Source: the human T2T-CHM13v2.0 reference genome, Homo sapiens
Assembly (NCBI RefSeq): GCF_009914755.1
Contig: NC_060938.1
Reading direction: 5' to 3' (one strand)
Length of the DNA stretch: 64,000 bases
A model generated the notes under the pieces. That model was not told the DNA's origin and searched no databases. It worked only from the letters and a program-made list of their open reading frames with translations. A program made the translations under genes and the position numbers. Positions 1 to 11,100 of the stretch are shown piece by piece (position 1 is the stretch's first letter; every line of letters begins with the position of its first letter).

Positions 1-35
1 GATTTTTGCTAACAGTAGATTTTAGGTATTCTTGC

Positions 36-78
<43 letters not shown>

Positions 79-208
79 ACACACAGCGGCTATGTGAAAT
101 GATAGATATGTGATAATTTGTTTAACTATAATAACCATTTCACTAGGTATATGTATATCAAAACATCATGTTATACACCTTAAAAATATACAATAAAATA
201 TTTTTAAA
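1..208 (+). mobile_element. L1M (L1MA/MB-like) 3' end containing a (CA)n microsatellite
   Basis: Typical L1M 3' UTR text (ctatgtgaaatgatagatatg...aaccatttcac...atcaaaacatcatgttatacacctt) followed by an A-rich tail. Confidence 0.7.
38..85. repeat. (CA)n microsatellite: about 18 pure units plus an interrupted tail
   Basis: Read directly. Confidence 0.98.
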
Positions 209-209
209 G

Positions 210-315
210 TACGTCTCAAATATTTCATGAAACATACTTCTACTATTGTTTTTCATTGTTTACCTAAAACTCAAATTTAATTGGACATTCTGTATTTTTA
301 AACCTGGCAACCCTA
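210..315. mobile_element. MER53-like hAT MITE, one half
   Basis: ctcaaatttaattggacattctgtatttt...ctggcaacccta resembles the MER53 terminal arm. Confidence 0.65.
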
Positions 316-559
316 AGCTGAGACATAGAGAAGTTTGGTTACTTAGTCAAGATCCTACAACTAGTAAGTGGTTTCAGAGTCTGCACTTTTGAGCCATTGT
401 CCTTTCTCACTTTTACAAATTCACTATGAATATCAATTGAGCAAACAAAGTATAAACAATGCCTAACATTTGCCTTGGCATATAGCAGGCACTCCATAAA
501 TGCCAGTTTCCTTCCCTCTTTCCCACCTGTTGAACCCTTTGGGCTCTGCTTAATGAAGT

Positions 560-993
560 TACTGTTTTTCAGCCTTCCATCATCCCTTGAATTAAGTCAC
601 CATTCTTTGCCACAGTCACTGCACTTTTGTTTATTCAATATTCTTCTTTAACTAATTTTAAACTTAAATATATTTACTTAAAAAGGAATTTTATATCACT
701 ATTACAAATGGAAAATCGAGATCCCATGCCATAGATCGAAGGTAACTGTGAAATGTACGATGGAAATACACTTACAGAGTTTTGCCTACTGTGGGAGTTA
801 GACTCAAAGGGAGACCTGCAAACATTAGAAAAATGCTATAGTCATCCTAGCATGCACCAGAGGCTTCCTATTGGATGTAATCAGAAAAAGATAACACGTG
901 AATCAATTTTTTAAATGCTATGTCTGTAAGCCACCTAAAATCATTGTGTGTTCTCCCTCAGAGGGAAATGCCCCCACTTTTGGGAAACGACTG
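560..993. mobile_element. hAT-Charlie-type DNA transposon fossil
   Basis: Degenerate Charlie-like termini (ctgtttttca...tgggaaacgactg) and internal aaaggaattttatatcactattacaaatggaaaa. Confidence 0.5.
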
Positions 994-1404
994 AATTAAT
1001 GACTAGGTCTAGGACATTTGACTAGCAAGCACAAAAGCAATGCACATGAAGCTTTCTGGTTCAGAGAGCCAAGGACCCGATAAGAGTAACTGTACTCTAG
1101 CATGACCATCACTTTTTAGATCTGCTATTATATAGTCGGCAAACTCCACCAGGACCTGGATGAGGCATCAAACGAGTGACCATGGCTCTCTTTTTGACAA
1201 CTGTGGTTCTTTCCAACTCTGAGACTCTATGAACGGGTGATATTCCTGTCCATATACCCAGCTTGATGGATAGACCCAGAGCTGTCCTCAAATGCCAATT
1301 TTAGTACTTGAGAGAGAGATTTAAGGCCAAGAATGGTAATTTTACATCAACTTCCCCTCTTGGTCTTAATTCCCTGGCCCTTAAACAGTAGGTCCTGATA
1401 TGTC

Positions 1405-1859
1405 TCTATCTCAGTTCATTCAGGCTGCTAAACAAAAGTACCATAGATTGGGTGGCTTAAACAATAAGTATTTATTTCTCATAGTCTGAAGTCTGGGGAG
1501 TCCAAGACCGAGGTGCTGGCAGGTCTGATGTCTGGTGACAGCTTGCTTCCTGGCTTATATACAGCACCTTCTCTTTGTAGTTTCATATGGGGAGAGAAGG
1601 AGGAGAAGAAGGGAGGGAGAGAAGGAGCTGGGGGAACTCTGTGTCTTTTCTTTTTTTAAAAAAATTCCATTTATTTATTTATTTTTACCCCAAGCTATTA
1701 AGCGTTAAGTGTCTTCTTATAATGGCACTAATCCCACACATAAGGGATCCACCCTCATGACCTAATCATCGCCTAAGAGCTCTATCCCCCAATACCATCA
1801 CAATGGGGGTTAGGATTTCAAGGTATGAATTTGGGGGACACAAACATTCATCCATAGCA
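1405..1859 (-). mobile_element. MLT1A-type MaLR solo LTR
   Basis: ggctgctaaacaaaagtaccatagattgggtggcttaaac...gaatttgggggacacaaacattcatccatagca is the reverse complement of MLT1A-like sequence. Confidence 0.85.
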
Positions 1860-2134
1860 ATCTCTAAGCCCTTAACTTTTCTTATCGCCACCTGCACCCT
1901 CTCCATGACCTGCATGGATTTCCATCAGGGCCTTTTCTTACAATATTCTGCTTGGGAAAACATCAATCAGCACAAAGCCCTTCCTTCTGCCCTATGCCCT
2001 AACTTCTAAGGTTTAGGGATGTGAAAATTAACTCCTCTCATAAAACACTAAGGACAACCCCAGCCTTAACAACCGCTAGATTTTTGTCCAGATAGGTTGC
2101 AGAAAACCTCACAGGACAATATTCTTGCTATTAA

Positions 2135-2452
<318 letters not shown>

Positions 2453-3329
2453 TATTTCTTATGAGTAAGTCATGGCAGGAATCAGAGCATGTGTGTTTCA
2501 CATGGGGAAAATGAGGACCAGAGAAGGTACACGGTTTATCCAAGGCAATGCAGCAAATTAACAGCAAATTTGATCTTCAACCTAGGTTTTTTGGGCTCCA
2601 ATGTACTGTTCTTTTGGACATGTTGAGCTTTTGTGTATCATTAATAAGATTAAGACCACATGATCAGATCCTCAGTTTCAACCCTAGGGTTATTGAAATT
2701 TACTTATTTTAGCTTCAGTTGAATGACTGTGTGATCACTATAAACCTATCCTTACATCCTTATAATTCTTTTAGCACCAAATCAGATCATAGAGCCAGTG
2801 GTTTCACTTCTTGGCTCCAAATAAGAGTAGTTTCACCTTCATCTTGGAAGATATAAGCCATCTGACTAGAGATGAATTGGGGGATTATCACCATTGGCTT
2901 CGGTTTATCTTGTCTTCTAGACCAACTTCAAATTTTCTCCTTTTTCAGAAGAAAATGTCTGACTTTCATTTTGTTCCCTTCAATTTTAATCATGACTGGG
3001 AACTCAGTATTTGCATATAGAGCCAATTTGACCTTAAAAATAGTAACAAATTATGAAACTTAAAACAACAATGACAAAAGCAACCTCAAAATAGTATAGT
3101 CTTGCTTATAGTTGCCCAGATTTTACATTTTGTTTATATGCTGATATGGATAGGTCTGTTTAATTGCTCAGTTTCCCATGTATTAAGATTACCTCAAGTT
3201 CTGTATTAGTGAAACATTCTAAAGAAGAAAACATGCTTTTCTCTTACTTGTCCTCATAGCCATCCATACATCCATTTGACAGATCTTTACTGAAAGAATA
3301 AATGCATGAATTTATGAATTGCCTAATTC

Positions 3330-3470
3330 TTCTTCTGTACAATCCTATGAAGGAAGCATTATCATTATTTCCATTTTACAGATGAAGAAACAGAGGCCCA
3401 GGCTAATAAACTTTTCTGAGTTCCAACAATTAGTCAGTAGTAGTAGAACCAGGACTATACCACCAAACCA
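3330..3470 (-). mobile_element. MIR
   Basis: MIR core ccattttacagatgaagaaacagaggcccag. Confidence 0.75.
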
Positions 3471-3803
3471 CCAAATCTTAATGATGATTTTGTCCTACCT
3501 TTGATGAAAATCCTTCTTTTCTAGGCTTACTGGTGGCCTTGACCTCTCTTTTGCCAACCTCATTCTTTTTCATTTATTTATTTACTCATTCAGTAATTAT
3601 TCAACCATAAGTTATTGAATGCACTGTGTTGGGTGTTGAACATGTGGAGACAAGAGCAGAATCATGCCTTCTTTTATTTAAATCTCTAATCATGTCAAGA
3701 ACTCCCTAATCTTAGAAAAATTTTCTGTTGACCTCACTGCCCAGTTTTGTTTTTTAGCCCATATAATTTTCCTTTTTGTGGCTGAGTTCCTGCAATGACT
3801 GAC

Positions 3804-4192
3804 TGTTATGAACTGAAAGTTTGAGTCCCTCCCTCTCTTGAATTCATATATTGAAGCTCTAATCCCCAGTGTGGCCATATTTGGAGTAAGGAAGTATGAT
3901 GTCATAAGGATGGGGCCCTGATCTGATAGGATTAGTGTTCTTAGAAGAAGAGACACCAGAGACTGTGTCTCTCTCTCTCTCTCTGCACAAATGCACTGAA
4001 GAAGGGCCATGTGAACACACAGCAAGAAAGTGGCCATCTACAAGCCTGGAAGAGAGCCCTTACCTAGACTCAACTCTACTGGACGTTGGTCTTGGACTTT
4101 CAGGCCTTCAGATTGTTGAGAAAATAAACTTCTGTTGTTTAAACCATACAGTCTGTGGTATTCTGTTATGGCAGCCAGAGCTGATTAATTCA
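3804..4192 (+). mobile_element. MLT1A-type MaLR solo LTR
   Basis: tgttatgaactgaa...aataaacttctgttgtttaaacca...gctgattaattca; TG...CA ends; near 5-bp TSD ctgac/gtgac. Confidence 0.85.
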
Positions 4193-4639
4193 GTGACCAT
4201 TTTGCTGTTACTTCCAGTTCATTACCTTTCTCAATCCCCTGCAAGCTGGTGCTGGTTTGCGTCCTTGCAACACTTGTAAAGGAGGTAGCTGTGGAGGAGT
4301 GATAAGACCATGGCATTTGGAATCAGAAAAACAGGGTCTAAAAGTCATTTCCACAGGACTGAATGATGCAGAGGTACAATGATGGTAATTATAATCTCAA
4401 GGTTGCTCAGACCCCTAGTAGAAGACCTGTTTCAGGGTTGGAAAATTGAAGGTCTGAACTGAAACATCTGTAAAAGCTATTGAAAGGGAGATCCTCATGA
4501 AAAAACTTCCATGCAAAATGAGCTCTTAAACAAAAATTAAAAATCACATGAAACTCAATGCAACAAGAGACAGCCAGTATACCCAATGCATGAGAGAATT
4601 CAAATCTAGGAAAATAGAATAATAATAATAATATAATAA

Positions 4640-4890
4640 TAATAATGATACCTAACATGTATTAAAGGTTGAACATGTGCCAGGTATTGTTCAAAATGAC
4701 TTATGTGCATTAATTCATTTGGTTTTCATAAAATATGGACTATGGATTATAATGATCATAATTATTAAGTAGAAGGGGAATAGAGGTACAGTAAGGTTAA
4801 TCCCAATTACAGCTATTTCAGTGGCAAAGCCAGAATTTATCTATCCAGTCTGGTTCTGAATTCTTAATACTTAACTGCTATGCTATGTCA
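4640..4890 (-). mobile_element. MIR
   Basis: atgtgccaggtattgttc...gaggtacagtaaggttaa...ggcaaagccagaattt. Confidence 0.65.
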
Positions 4891-4959
4891 CTTGTGCTGT
4901 AGATAAATCTGAAAAGATTTAAAGTGAGTATGTTTATAATTTTCAACTAGATTAAGGTC

Positions 4960-5220
4960 AGAATAGCAACCTTAAAGAGAAAGAAGTTGAGAGAAAGAAA
5001 GAAGCTATAGGAAATAAAAAATATAGTTATAAAGCAAAAGTTGAATGGAGTAAATGAGAGATTAGAGATAGCCGAAGAGAGAATTAGTGAATTGGAAGCT
5101 GCAAATGAGTAACATTCTTTCACCTCCTGAATGAAGCATACAGCAATAAAAATAAATACCAACAAAGAGATGTAGAGCCATAAAGAGCAATTTGAAAAGT
5201 TCCAAGCAGTGTTAAAAAAT
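4960..5220 (+). mobile_element. Old L1M ORF1-region fragment
   Basis: A/G-rich agattagagatagccgaagagagaattagtgaattggaag, typical of the L1 ORF1 coiled-coil region. Confidence 0.6.
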
Positions 5221-6124
5221 AAAAATCCACATCTATACATAGCATAATGAATTACAGAGTGGTAGTGATAGTGATAAGCAAAGGCAAAAAGAAAAAATGT
5301 GTTCTGTGAATTTTGGACAATTATAAGTATTTTTATGTGCCAAGTGCTGTGCTGAGATATTTTCATATTTGTTTAGATTTAATCTTCTGAACCACATGTA
5401 TTAGCTTTTCTGTTTTAAAAATGAGGCAACTGAGGTTCCAAAGATTTAAGTGATGTGCCAAGGGCTTAATAAATCTCTGCTGAATGAAGGGGTGATGTGC
5501 AGCCATTTATCTTCTCTGAGCTGGTTTTATTTTTCTCCCGCAGGTTTTAAATGACAATGATAAAATTTGCATTTTTAACTTCTCTTTCTTACTTATAATG
5601 CTGCTTATGTATGATGTCTTTAGAAGTAAGAAAGTGAAAAAAAAGAACATTGGTCATTTTTACCTCTTTACATTCTGTGAAACTGTGATTGTTAACTTTA
5701 TAGCTTTGTGACTTCTGCATCTTTCATTATATTATTTATTTATTTATTTATTTTTATCATGGCATTTATTATTTATTTTTTATTATTATAAATGTATTGT
5801 TCTTGGGTAAAATATCAGGTAATATCTAAGTAGACACTTGGCATGAGATGTAAATAATGCAGAAAACATGTTGAAAAATCAAAATCCCTCTTTACCTCTT
5901 CCACTTCCCTTGCATGCACACATTGGCTCAGAGGCAATCACTGCTAATAATGTCTTTTTCAGACTTGTCTGTATTCATTTACACACTCATATTTACATTG
6001 TTCTTTATGTAAATTATAACTTATTATATATAATATATTCCAAGGGTTTTTTTTCACTTAATAATACGTTCAAGGAGTCTTTGAGTAACAGATATTACTA
6101 AACTCATTTTACCATTTCCATATT

Positions 6125-6264
6125 TTAATTTTTTAAAAATTTTAAGTAGAGATGGCATTTTGCCATGTTGCCCAGGCTGATCTCGTGCACCTGAACTCAA
6201 ACAATCCACCTGTCTTGGCCTCCCAAAGTTCTGGGATTACAGGTGGGAGCCACAGCGTCTGGCC
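6125..6264 (-). mobile_element. FLAM-C / Alu left monomer
   Basis: Single Alu monomer with a 12-bp near-TSD: catttccatatt (6113-6124) / catttctatatt (6265-6276). Confidence 0.9.
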
Positions 6265-6929
6265 CATTTCTATATTAAAGGATATTTAGGTAGATCCTAG
6301 ATTTTCTATTAATATTATAGGTAATAAACATTTTTATAAATGCTCCTAGGGACATATATCCTAGTATTTTTACAGGATATTGTTCAAGAAGGTGAATTTG
6401 GGGGTCAAACTATTTTTAATTTTGCAATTTAAAATTACACACGCTACAAGTGTGTAACCCGGAACATCATCAGATAGGTTTATTTTTTTCTCCAGGAAGG
6501 AGCACTCTGGCTGCTTTGTGGAGAGTGAATCAGACACTGTTAGGGAGGCAGTCTGGAGTTGAGGCTATTGCTGTGGTCCATGCAAGAGGCGGTGAGTAAC
6601 CAAGACCATGGGTGGCAGTGGAGATGCAGAGAAGGGGTGCATCTGACAGAGACTTTGAAGGGAGAATCGTATGAACCTGGATGTGACCTGCATCTGAGTA
6701 GGGAAGAGGAGGAGCAGGTGAATAAAGTTCTATTTGTGAAAAAAAATTTCATCATATGTGACATCAAGTATAAACAATTATATATTTAATATAGTTTATT
6801 ATAAATGCAGTAACCTTTGTATTAGATTATGGTTTATATTTAAAATTGTGTGAACATTTAAATAAAATATGAGTAAAGAAACCATAGAAAACTATATGCA
6901 TTCTCATGAGAATAATAATAATCATAAAT

Positions 6930-7170
6930 ACTCATTTAGTCTTTACTAGATGGCAGATTGTACATTTATTAGGTCATTTAATCCTCATCATAAATCTGTG
7001 AGGTAAATACTATGTTATTATCCCCATTTGACAATGAGAAAACTGAAGCATTGGGAGGTTAAGTAATTTGCTTTTTTTTTTTTTTTTTTTTTGAGACGGA
7101 GCTCATCCAGCTAGTGAATGTCAGAGCCAAGATTAGAACCTAGGAAGTTGGGTCCAGAGCCTTCTTTTTA
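6930..7170 (-). mobile_element. MIR interrupted by a T21+GAGACGGAG Alu-tail micro-insertion (7072-7101)
   Basis: MIR core ccatttgacaatgagaaaactgaag...aggttaagtaatttgc is split by poly-T plus the Alu terminal bases. Confidence 0.75.
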
Positions 7171-7639
7171 AAAAACCACCAAGATATTATATCTTGCTTA
7201 GAGAGTATAAATATAAAGAAATGATGAGCCCTCAATTTAGAAAAGTGGTTACTTTAGGGTAGGGGAAAAAGAGGATTTGATGAGAAGACACACCTGCGGC
7301 TTCAGCTGTGTTGGTAATGCTTTCTTAAACTCTTAGGTGGTACATGGTGATGATTGTTCTGCCATCTCTAACTCTGTGTACATGTTAAATATTTCAGAGC
7401 AAATATTCATGTTCCACACATGTGAGAGATGTTGTTAGATCAAAATCTTTAGACATGCTAAACCTCTTTCAGAGTGTGTGGCTGAAATTAAGCGACTCTC
7501 AGACTTAGAAGAAGCACACTTATTAAAAATCCACAGTAAATATTTGTCGATCTTTGCTTTGTGATTTTCTGGATTAATCTTATTTGGAAATCCACAGTCT
7601 CCCACTGAAAAAGCAATCCGAAAACAAAGGACCTGGTGT

Positions 7640-8108
7640 CAGTTAGGAATTTTAAGCAATAGAGGTTGGACCATTGCGGTTTAGACAAATAAGGTATTAT
7701 CTTTTCACTTAACAAGACATTTTAGAAGGAGGCAGCTGCTAGCTAGCATGGGCTCAGCAGCTTCAAAATGTCAGGCTCAGGATGCTTATACTTTTTGGGG
7801 TTTTTTCCTCATAGTGCCAAGATGGCTGCTGCATCTCCAGCTATTGGGTCCGTTATGAGCAGCAAGGCTTAAAGGATGTAGCTCCCCGCTGAGTCAACTC
7901 CCTTTAAAGAACTTTCCAGAAAACTCCATCCAACTTTTGCTACCTACATGTCACAGGCTGCCCCAACTGCAAGGAAAAATGGGAAATGTACTTTCTTTTT
8001 CTTTTTTTTTTAAGTTGGCAAATTACCACCTGCCAAAATATAGGGGTTTTGTTAGTGAAGAGGAAAGGAAAAACAGATTTTGAATATTTATTAGCAGTCT
8101 CTGCCACA
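7640..8108 (-). mobile_element. Old MLT1 (J/K/L-like) LTR
   Basis: caagatggctgctgcatctccag, ctgcaaggaaaaatgggaaatgta, terminal tctctgccaca. Confidence 0.65.
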
Positions 8109-11100
8109 GACCTCCACGATCCTTCTTTTCTCTTTTTTTCCAGTGATGCAGAATAAAGTGGCAAATTGAACCCCACTTTTGTTTCTTGCTAATTGTTCTC
8201 ATAAAACGCCCTTTTCACTCCAAGCCCAAGGCAGCTCATTTTAGAATGTCCAGAAAAAGAAAAAAAAGGAAACATGGAAAATTCTGAGTCACAGAATATT
8301 TCCTATATCACAGCAGAAAAAAATTGGACTCTTCTAAAATAATGGTACTGGGAAGACTTTGTGTTTTTCCCAATTTGCTATAGTTTTGAGTTGTTAAAAG
8401 TCACTTTCAATTTTTAGAGTACTAGAAGAGTTTCAATCAAGCCATTTTAAGTAAGACCCATTCATGACAGAGTTTATTTCCATTCTGTATTGTCCTTTTC
8501 TTTTTGTAAATACCACAGAACTTGAGTGTTTGCTTTTTCATTTGTTAGTTTATTTATTTATTCTAGGGTTCCATTCAACAGCCAGACAGCTGGGTTATGG
8601 AAATGCCAATTATGAATTCCCCACAGATCTGAGCACTGAATTTTCCACAAAACTGTTTGATTTTTTTTTTCTCTCAGCAAGGCAAGCTAACTAAATTTTA
8701 AGCAAACTTTAGACAAAGAACTCAATAATACCTTTTGCCATGATGCGTTATGGAAATCAGGAGGACATTTTTTTTCTCCAAAAGAAATCATATTTTTGAA
8801 TCTAATGTTATACTGCACAAGAGGCAATAGAAGTTTTTCTATGTGGTAAGTGACATAATTACTTTCAACTAAGCTTTGTAAAGCACTTTACAGTTTACGG
8901 AGCACATTCATATGCATTATCTCATGCTTGGATGCTATTTCAGAAGTCATTACAGAGAGGGCCACTATGTGGGCTTGAGAGGCTGTTTGGCCACGTGCCA
9001 GTGCCCTCTGACATTTATTTCTGTCTTTCCTGATGACTTGCCGACCCCCACCCCAGCCCTAATAATTTGACAAAATTACTGATTATTTCAGCATCAGGTA
9101 GATACTATGAGCTTCCTTTATATGGAGATTTCCTTTACAAGCTCTTCTCAGCAAGGAGTTATTTGAAAACATTTATTTTATTTATCTATTCAGTAAACAC
9201 TGAGTGTTATTTGGTGCTAAACATTGTGTTTAAATGCTTAGTTACATTTGGCCATTCAACAACCCAATGCCTCATCTCATTTGGCCAAACAACCCTACAA
9301 AGAAGAGACTATTGTGATCCACAGTTTATAGCTGGGGAAACTGAGAACCAGAGAGACGAAGGGTAGCAAGACTACAAGCACCTAACCCTTACTCCCTGCC
9401 GGTCCCCTAATTGTAAAGTGCTTAAGTCAATAAAAGCAAAGTTTTGTTTTGTGAGACTGTACTTCTGTTTCATGTCAGTTTCATGTCAGTTTCACGTGGG
9501 CTGTCGCTGTGTCTGGCACTGGGCTGTGAGCTCTGGAAGGGCAGGAGGAGGCGTGTTCCTTTACATGCCCCCATAGGACTGGGCGCTGGGTTTTATCTGT
9601 AGGAGATGCCGAAAGAACTTTGATTTAGTAGTTGGTTGTAAAATTAATTGGTGTGTCCCAAGCATAAATCAACCGTAGAGGTGACGGTGGCCAGAAGCAA
9701 GGATAGCTGGGGAGAAAGACTCAGATAAAGACTTGAGTGCTGTGCAGCAAACTCCGAGGAAGAAAAGCCGCGTGCGAACTGGAGAAGGACATATGTTTTT
9801 GTTGGCAATTGCTCCAATTTCATTTGGACATCAGATATTCTAAGTAAAGAGAAATTCAGAAATGAAGTTGCTGCGAATTGAGTTGAATGAAAAAATGATG
9901 ATGATGTTTTACGACTATTGACTTTGTTCAGCTAAAAAGAAGCAGAGTGCATATTTATGAATAATGATACCTTGCATGAATGGCAAGATGCTTGAGGTGA
10001 TTACTGTAATTCTAAAATCATTGAAGGACAGGACAGAGCTAGGTAATGATCAAAAAAGAAAAAAAATTCATAGAATGGGGGAAAATAAATTTTAATGGCT
10101 AACCAATGTTAATAAGTCAAAACAAATTAATCCTTTGCTTTAATTTGGTAATTTTTAAACTCTATCAGATGTGAAAAGCCACAGATGTTGAGTTTCATTA
10201 ATATGGAATTAGTCATGCAGTTGCATATTTTTTAAAATAGTTATTTTGTGCACTCTAAATTAAAAATTTTAAAGAAATTAGTTTTGAGGCACAAAGCACA
10301 TTACGTGCAGTTTTCTTGATCTGATTATAAATAGGCTTTTTTTTCTTATTAAGAGATTTCTGTGTTCTTCTTTTGTTTGAAGAAGATTAACCAAATTGAT
10401 TTTTTATTTTGTTATTGACTAATGGTAGAAATACAGTGTGATGTGACAGTTGGTGGATGTGATTATCACTCATATTTCAGGAAAATCCTGCCAAAGATGA
10501 GATTCCATGGTCTGGGATACTTGTGTCTTACTATGGGAATGTTCTCTGCCTCAAACCATAAAATAAAGGCAGAAAAGGGGGAAGAAGAAAACAGGGTAAG
10601 TCACTTTGTCCTGTATTTTTATTTTACAAACAAGGAAAGAAGCTTGGAGAAATCACATGACCTGCCTAAGCCACCCAACTGTTAGTAGAACAGCCCAGTG
10701 GTAAACTCTTCTCTGTCTCTCCATTGCTTTAAAAAACAAGATCCAAATCCTTTATATGACCTACAAGGCTTTGCAGTTCTGGTCCCCAGCCAAATCTCCA
10801 GCCCTCACTTATACTGTGCTTTCCTTCTTTGCGTTCCAGCCATTGGCCTTGATTAAAATCTTTGACTGCAGGATGCTCCCTTCCACCACAGGGACTTTGC
10901 ACAAGTGGTGGCGTGTTTCTTTTCTTTCATTTAGTTAAATCTGGGGCCATCAGATCTTGTCCCCATTGGTACCTCTCCTGAACCCTGAATTTTTCTATTT
11001 TACCACGTTCTGGTATTGTGTATCTTTCTGCCCGTAGTATGACTAATGCAAGTCATATGACCAAGCCTGATGCCAGTGGGGCGAGGAAGTCTCATGGCCA

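Noticed and set aside
8464-8694. ATG-initiated 76-aa ORF with nearby acceptor-like sites
   Set aside because: No recognisable homology, no paired donor site, and AT-rich intron-like composition
9467-9497. 11-bp unit gtttcatgtca repeated about 2.8 times
   Set aside because: Ordinary short slippage duplication with no further structure
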